The notes under the pieces: generated by a model
The model's input: the letters and a program-made list of their open reading frames with translations, nothing else
Databases searched by the model: none
What the model was told of the DNA's origin: nothing
Part shown: one piece after another, positions 58,504 to 64,000 of the stretch
Numbering within the stretch: the stretch's first letter is position 1
Layout: the number at the start of each line of letters is the position of its first letter
Assembly: GCA_963663165.1 (NCBI GenBank)
Contig: OY760175.1
Coordinates: 5,984,001-6,048,000 of the forward strand
Direction of reading: 5' to 3'
Length of the DNA: 64,000 bases
DNA from: an uncultured Desulfospira sp.
GTDB lineage: Bacteria > Desulfobacterota > Desulfobacteria > Desulfobacterales > Desulfobacteraceae
Position numbers and translations under genes: made by a program

Positions 58504-59565
58504 TTATGTTTTATTAAACCCCAGCACCTGGTTGAACATCCCCACCACAGCCCGTTTCAATGCGGTCTGGTCCATTGAGAAATCCGATGCCAGGCTTTTT
58601 CTTAACAGATACTGGTCAATAAGATACTGGTGAAGTTTATTGGCGGCCCGGTACCGGATCACATATACGGCACCGTCCTGGAAGTCTTTGCCAACGCTCT
58701 TTTTGGTCTGGACATAACCGGTAAACAGCATCTTTATCCGTTTGAGATGGCCGTCCCTGAACACATCCACCGGCATCCAGAATACCTCAAATTTGGCGGG
58801 CAGTTTGGTATAGGCCGTCAGCTTGATGCACTCTTCGTTGATGTCCACCACCTGGCCGGCCGCAAAGGGTTTTCGGGACACCGGGTCAAGCAGGTGAAAT
58901 TCAATTTTTCCCAGGCCGATCCGTTCAAGGCGTCTCTTTTCATTAAAGGATTTTTTAACGTCCACCTTATAGGACGCCCACATCAGCTGGGACAGTTTCC
59001 GGCAAACGGTCAGGATAACGGCCCCAATGGTAATGCCCACCATAAACGCACTGGAAAAGAAATCCTGGCCCTGCTGGATGTTCTTATTGTCAATACTGGC
59101 CCGGATGACCTTGGGGGTGCTGTGGGGGGTGAACAGCTGGGAGTAGCCGATCATGCCGGGTTTTACCGTGAACCTGAAATCGTAATCTTTGATTTTTTTG
59201 CAGTGGGCTTCATATACGGCCTGCCGCTCAGGCCTGGGCCCGATGAAGGCCATGTCCCCCCTCAAAATGTTATACAATTGGGGCAGCTCATCAATACGGG
59301 TATCCCGCATGAATTTGGTAAACGGGGTCACCATGTTGTGTTTTTTGTTCAGCAGGTCTGAGCCGATTTTTTTTTCAGCATCCACGGGAAGGGTTCGAAA
59401 TTTATACATGATAAATTTTTGTTTGTCCTTTCCCAGCCGTTCCCCTTTATAAAGCAAAGGCCCCTTGTTGACCTTAAGGGATATGGCCCAGACAATTAAG
59501 GCTATGGGCAGGGCCATCACCAGCATGACCAGGGAAAAAAAGATGTTCAGCGCTCTTGGAAGCAT
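58504..59565 (-). CDS. Priming sugar transferase (Bac_transf) with C-terminal PilZ-like domain
   Basis: YKFRT, RIDELPQL.N...GDM..IGPRPE, KPG; C-terminal EKRRLER...VVDINEEC. Confidence 0.82.
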   Translation of the reverse strand: MLPRALNIFFSLVMLVMALPIALIVWAISLKVNKGPLLYKGERLGKDKQKFIMYKFRTLPVDAEKKIGSDLLNKKHNMVTPFTKFMRDTRIDELPQLYNILRGDMAFIGPRPERQAVYEAHCKKIKDYDFRFTVKPGMIGYSQLFTPHSTPKVIRASIDNKNIQQGQDFFSSAFMVGITIGAVILTVCRKLSQLMWASYKVDVKKSFNEKRRLERIGLGKIEFHLLDPVSRKPFAAGQVVDINEECIKLTAYTKLPAKFEVFWMPVDVFRDGHLKRIKMLFTGYVQTKKSVGKDFQDGAVYVIRYRAANKLHQYLIDQYLLRKSLASDFSMDQTALKRAVVGMFNQVLGFNKT

Positions 59566-59645
59566 ATTTTAATACATGGTTACGATTACAACATTATCCT
59601 GTTTTATGAGAAACTTTTATGGATATGTCAATAGAAGGATGGTAT

Positions 59646-59713
59646 TTAGCCATTAGCCATTAGCCATTAGCCATTAGCCATTAGCCATTAGCCATTAGCC
59701 GTTAGCCGTTAGC
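59646..59713. repeat. Heptamer VNTR (TTAGCCA)x7 (TTAGCCG)x2
   Basis: Direct read of the tandem array between divergent glycosyltransferase genes. Confidence 0.95.
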
Positions 59714-59758
59714 GCATCAGCAAGCTAAAAGCTAAAAATTAACGAGAGTATCGCCGTA

Positions 59759-60961
59759 ATGATTATCAGCTGGATAAGCTTAATTTTGTTCTGGGCAGGT
59801 TTTTTTGTCTTTTTTCTGGTGTTTGCCGGATATCCCGGATTTTTATTCATCAGATCCCGGCTGGTTTCCCATACGTCTTTTCCGCCTGAATCCGGGGCAC
59901 CTGAACCGGATTTGACGGTTTCCGTTCTCGTGGTCTTCAGGAATGCCAAAGGACTTTTGGATGACAAGATCGCCAATTTTTTGAGCCTGGATTACCCTGA
60001 AGATAAGCTGGAGCTGGTCCTGGTTTCCGACGGCAGTGATGACGGCTCTCAACATCAAGATTCGTCCTGGCCGGTGAACATTTTAAAATGGTTCCATTTT
60101 AACGCCCACCAGGGGAAAAACAGGTGCATGAACTTTGGGGCAACCCAGTGTTCCGGGCAGATTATTGTCTTTTCCGATGTGGATGCCATGCTGTCAAAAG
60201 ACAGCGTGAAACGGATCTGCCGCCATTTTTCCGATCCTGGGACCGGGGGTGTATGCGGCCGGCGGGTGGTCTCTGAAAGTCTTTCAGGCATCACGTCAAG
60301 CCAGGTCAGGTACATTGGCTGGGATGCCATGATCAAGGAACTTGAGATGAAAAACGGCCTGAGCATTACCGCCCATGACGGCAAAGCCAATGCCGTGAGA
60401 AAGGCCTGTTTTGCCCCCATTGCCCAGGGCGTCACGGATGATGCGTTTATCGCCCTTGGGGTCATCGGGCAGGGCAAACGATTTGTATTTGACCGAAAGG
60501 TCACGGCGGCCATCAAAGTGCCGTCCCGAAGCCCCCTTCATGAACTTCAACGGCGCAAACGGATCGTTTCCCAGAGCTTGAACGGGCTTTTTATCCACCG
60601 GCGGCTCTTTAATCCGTTTCAATACGGCCTGTTTTCTTTTGGCCTGTTTATCAACAAGGTGCTCAGGCGGCTGCTGCCCGCGGCCGGGATCGCCATGCTC
60701 CTGTCATCCTTTGCCCTGTGGCGGCACGGCTCTTTTTTTTATGGGGTCTTGTTTGCCCTGCCCATGGCCGGCATGGCCGCTTTTGCCTCGTACCCGCTGA
60801 CCGGTCTTTGTTTATCGGGCACTGCCAAATGGCAAAAACAGCTCAACCGGCTCCTGGAGCTCGGGTTTTTCTTTTTATTGGGCATGGCCGGGACCCTGTG
60901 GGGCACCATCAGCTTTGCTACCGGTGAGAAAATCACCAAATGGGAGCCTGTCAAGAAATAA
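59759..60961 (+). CDS. Membrane glycosyltransferase family 2 (IcaA/CesA-like)
   Basis: SDGSDD, GK, SDVD and TDD motifs; N- and C-terminal TM helices. Confidence 0.88.
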   Translation: MIISWISLILFWAGFFVFFLVFAGYPGFLFIRSRLVSHTSFPPESGAPEPDLTVSVLVVFRNAKGLLDDKIANFLSLDYPEDKLELVLVSDGSDDGSQHQDSSWPVNILKWFHFNAHQGKNRCMNFGATQCSGQIIVFSDVDAMLSKDSVKRICRHFSDPGTGGVCGRRVVSESLSGITSSQVRYIGWDAMIKELEMKNGLSITAHDGKANAVRKACFAPIAQGVTDDAFIALGVIGQGKRFVFDRKVTAAIKVPSRSPLHELQRRKRIVSQSLNGLFIHRRLFNPFQYGLFSFGLFINKVLRRLLPAAGIAMLLSSFALWRHGSFFYGVLFALPMAGMAAFASYPLTGLCLSGTAKWQKQLNRLLELGFFFLLGMAGTLWGTISFATGEKITKWEPVKK

Positions 60962-63169
60962 TCATCCCACACACCCGAGGCTCGGGTCCTGGACCACAAT
61001 GGTCCGTCTTCGTTTCTTCTTTTTGACCTGGCACATCAGGGTTTTGTAAACCGGAAATCCTGAAATGGGGTCAAATTGTGCCAGATCGGTCAACACGTTG
61101 ACATTGGCCTTTCGCCAGGACTCAGGTCCATGGGGGCCGCCGCCCCCGGCCGGGGCGTAAACAAAGCCTTCCATGACCTTTTCGGTGACATCGGCCTTCA
61201 TTTCCACAAACCCCCTGGCGGTTTTTATTACCACCGTGTCTTTGGGGGCAATGCCCCGTTGTTCGGCATCTTTGGGGTTGATCTGAACCATGGGGTCCGG
61301 GTACCGGTCGATGAAGTCGGGGATGGCCCGAAGGCAGGATTTCATGTCCGGCTTGAAGGGTCCCGTCCCTAAGACCAGGGGGAACCGGTTTACCATTTTG
61401 GGCCGGCTCACAGGGGTTTCAAAGGATTCTTCGTATTTGGGCAGCCCCTCAAGCCCCATTTTTTCCAGCAGGGTGGATTTGATTTCAAACTTGCCTGACG
61501 GGGTTTGAAACCCGGGTTGGCCGTCGGCCCTTAACAGGCCTTTTTCCCATTTGCGGAAGGCCATGGGAAGCTGTTTTTTTTGAACCGCCTTTTTAGGGGC
61601 CTGTTCCAGGTCCTGCCGGGAGATGCCGGTGCCGGTCAGAACACGGTCCAGCAGGTCGGCTTCGGTTTTGGGGAATTTGTCCCCATACCCGAGCCTGTCG
61701 GCAAGCCCGGTTAAAATGGCAAAGCAGGACCGGCTGTTCCCCACCGGATCGATCATTTGCTCCCTGAGCCGGACCGTATGGCCGTAAAAACAATAGGATG
61801 ACTGCTCAAAGGCCGTGGTGGCCGGCAGGACAATATCGGCCCAGGCCGCATCCCGGGTCAGCTGCAAATCGGCACAGACCATGAAATCCAGGGATTCAAA
61901 CGCCTTTTGCCATAGAACCGGGTCAGGCCATGATGTGAGAATGGAGGCCCCCATGATAAACAGGCCCCGGATTTTATACGGATCTGAGTCAAGGATGGCC
62001 TTTGGCAGCCTTATGGCATGGGGTTCGCCGCCGCAAAAATGGGTATACACCGGGAAGTGGCCTGCGCCAATGGACTTGTCAAATCCGGGACTTAAAATCT
62101 GGTGGTCCCGGCTTAGGCCAATCTGGTTTTCAGGCTGGACAAAGCAGCGGCCGCCTTCCACATCCAGCTGCCCGGCCAGGGCCCAGAGAACCTGGACTGC
62201 CCGGATGTTCTGGACCCCGGATTTGGTGTATTCAAGCCCGGTGTACATCACATAGCTGGCCCCTTCGGCGTCGGCAATATCCACTGCCAGTGCTTCAATC
62301 ACCTTTTGGGGGATCCCGGTAATCCCGCTGACCGTTTCCGGGGTAAAATCCTTGACATATTTGGTAAACTCTTCGTACCCCAGGGTCCAGTCTTCCACAA
62401 AGGCTTGGTCCACCCAGCCGTCCCGGATCAGGATATGGGACAGGCCAAGGGCCAGGGCGCCGTCCGTCCCCGGCCGGATGGGGATCCACTGGCTGTCAGG
62501 CAGCTTGGCCGAAGCGGTCTGTCTGGGATCGATAACAATGATCTGGGCGCCTTCACTGGCGGCCCGGACCAGGCGGCCGAACATTTCCGGCGGGGTGGAC
62601 GTGGACGGGTCGGTTCCCCATACAACGATGAGGTCAGAGTTGTCCACATCGGAAAACATGTCCGTGTGAAGGCAGCCCATGGTCAGCTGGGGGGCCAGCA
62701 CCCCAAGGGAGGTGTAACAGGGCGCGCCCACCCCGAAGGTATTGGGCGACCCAAAGGGAAACAAAATGCTTGAAGCCAGATAAATATGAGATCCCCCCAG
62801 TTGAAAGGCATCCTTGAAGGCCCGCTCATAGGTGCCGGTACCGGCGTAAAATCCAAAGGCTTCGGGGCCGTGGTCCGCTTTGATGCCTTCCATTTTCCCG
62901 GCAATGATGTCATAGGCCTCATCCCAGGAGATGGGGTCAAAATCCAGTTTGCCTTTGGGGCCTTTCCGTTTCAGGGGCTGTTTGATCCGGGCTTTGGAGT
63001 AGATGATCTGGGAGGCGCTGGCCGCCAGTGGACAAAGAACGCTTCCCAAAGGCGCTTCAGGGTCCGGGGTCAGCCGTTCAATTTTTCCGGACTCGTCAAA
63101 ATGGACGGTAACGCCGCAGCCCGGGCTGTGAAAACATAATCCGCAAATGCCGTGTTGTTGTTTTTCCAA
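60962..63169 (-). CDS. Molybdopterin-dependent oxidoreductase catalytic subunit
   Basis: CGLC....GC...LC Fe-S motif, ISWDEA, IRPGTDGAL, ADIVLPA, TPSGK and INPKDA..RG; TTG start. Confidence 0.9.
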   Translation of the reverse strand: MEKQQHGICGLCFHSPGCGVTVHFDESGKIERLTPDPEAPLGSVLCPLAASASQIIYSKARIKQPLKRKGPKGKLDFDPISWDEAYDIIAGKMEGIKADHGPEAFGFYAGTGTYERAFKDAFQLGGSHIYLASSILFPFGSPNTFGVGAPCYTSLGVLAPQLTMGCLHTDMFSDVDNSDLIVVWGTDPSTSTPPEMFGRLVRAASEGAQIIVIDPRQTASAKLPDSQWIPIRPGTDGALALGLSHILIRDGWVDQAFVEDWTLGYEEFTKYVKDFTPETVSGITGIPQKVIEALAVDIADAEGASYVMYTGLEYTKSGVQNIRAVQVLWALAGQLDVEGGRCFVQPENQIGLSRDHQILSPGFDKSIGAGHFPVYTHFCGGEPHAIRLPKAILDSDPYKIRGLFIMGASILTSWPDPVLWQKAFESLDFMVCADLQLTRDAAWADIVLPATTAFEQSSYCFYGHTVRLREQMIDPVGNSRSCFAILTGLADRLGYGDKFPKTEADLLDRVLTGTGISRQDLEQAPKKAVQKKQLPMAFRKWEKGLLRADGQPGFQTPSGKFEIKSTLLEKMGLEGLPKYEESFETPVSRPKMVNRFPLVLGTGPFKPDMKSCLRAIPDFIDRYPDPMVQINPKDAEQRGIAPKDTVVIKTARGFVEMKADVTEKVMEGFVYAPAGGGGPHGPESWRKANVNVLTDLAQFDPISGFPVYKTLMCQVKKKKRRRTIVVQDPSLGCVG

Positions 63170-63172
63170 AAT

Positions 63173-64000
63173 TTATTGGGCTCCTTTTTGCCGCTGGGCA
63201 ATGACAAACAAAGAGGTGATGTGTTCCCAGAGGTTTCTGGTTTTTCTGATTTTCCACAACACCTGTCCCTTGTCCTGGATTTCAAATTCAGGGGAAAAAA
63301 TGCCGTTAACGCCTTGAAGCAGGCGGCAGACATTGTCCATGCCAAACCCTTTAAACGGGCCTTCATTTTTCCCCCCAAGCCAGAGATCCGGGCTGTTGAC
63401 CCCCTCGTCCCAGGAAAAAGGGTCAGACAGCAGAAATCTTGCGCCATCAGGATCCATGACCCGGTTGGCTTCGGCCAGGTGACGGGCCGGGTCCGGCACC
63501 TTTTCTAAGATATTCACCGATCCTGCCATGGCAAACCGGTTGGATCTAAAGGGCAGGGCCATGGCGTCGGCCACCAGGAATTCAGCGTTTTCAAGCTGAT
63601 AGCCCGGGTCCAGATCGCAGGCCCTTTTTTTTGTGATCTGCCCTTCCATGATCATGTCAAACTCAAGCCGTCCGGTTTTGGACAGGTTCCGGGCCGCCCG
63701 AATAAAGGACCAGGAGGTGTCAATGCCGATGGCCCGGTCATGGGTCTTGGTCAATTCAAAGGTCAGCCGCCCCACGGAACAGCCAATATCCAGTGCAAAC
63801 CCGTCCTGGGGGGTAAACGCAGCCGCCCATCGTTGATAGGCATCGGTTGCATCGGGCCCGTTGAAAAATTCAGAATAATGGCTCCACAGATAAGACGACA
63901 GCATGGAAAATGACCCATAGCCTGCCGTGTCCCGGGTAAGGGGCAGGGTCTTTTCCGGGACAACCACGGCAATTCCCTCATGGATGTCATACCGCCTTGT
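63173..64000 (-). CDS. SAM-dependent methyltransferase with Trm112-like N-terminus (5' end outside the window)
   Basis: LDIGCSVG and ADAMALPF; frame is open to the window edge and reads ...RRYDIHEGIAVV. Confidence 0.82.
   Translation of the reverse strand, partial: TRRYDIHEGIAVVVPEKTLPLTRDTAGYGSFSMLSSYLWSHYSEFFNGPDATDAYQRWAAAFTPQDGFALDIGCSVGRLTFELTKTHDRAIGIDTSWSFIRAARNLSKTGRLEFDMIMEGQITKKRACDLDPGYQLENAEFLVADAMALPFRSNRFAMAGSVNILEKVPDPARHLAEANRVMDPDGARFLLSDPFSWDEGVNSPDLWLGGKNEGPFKGFGMDNVCRLLQGVNGIFSPEFEIQDKGQVLWKIRKTRNLWEHITSLFVIAQRQKGAQ

Overview
This is a 64 kb chromosomal window from a sulfate-reducing deltaproteobacterium (Desulfobacteraceae-like; inferred from gene content and protein style, not from a search). 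Most of it is housekeeping and metabolic genes: TRAP permeases, a 2-oxoacid:acceptor oxidoreductase operon, ackA, ilvC, leuCD, citrate synthase, two-component systems, a glycan/EPS cluster and a molybdopterin oxidoreductase. An AT-richer island at about 22.1-28.6 kb carries a type II toxin-antitoxin pair and a coupled PHP-ABC ATPase (Ppl/TrlF-like) + Schlafen/AlbA_2 gene pair, bracketed by an N-terminal and a C-terminal integrase remnant. The strongest leads are: (1) a modular intergenic hairpin repeat family with a constant module plus interchangeable stem-loops and compensatory base changes, found at three loci; (2) the candidate two-gene defence module; (3) a PglB/STT3 oligosaccharyltransferase coupled to an orphan MurG-like glycosyltransferase; (4) a priming glycosyltransferase with a PilZ-like tail; and (5) a GltD/DsrL-like flavoprotein in place of the delta subunit of the oxidoreductase. 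I recognised no rRNA, tRNA or CRISPR array. All family calls come from motif recognition by eye; no database searches were run.
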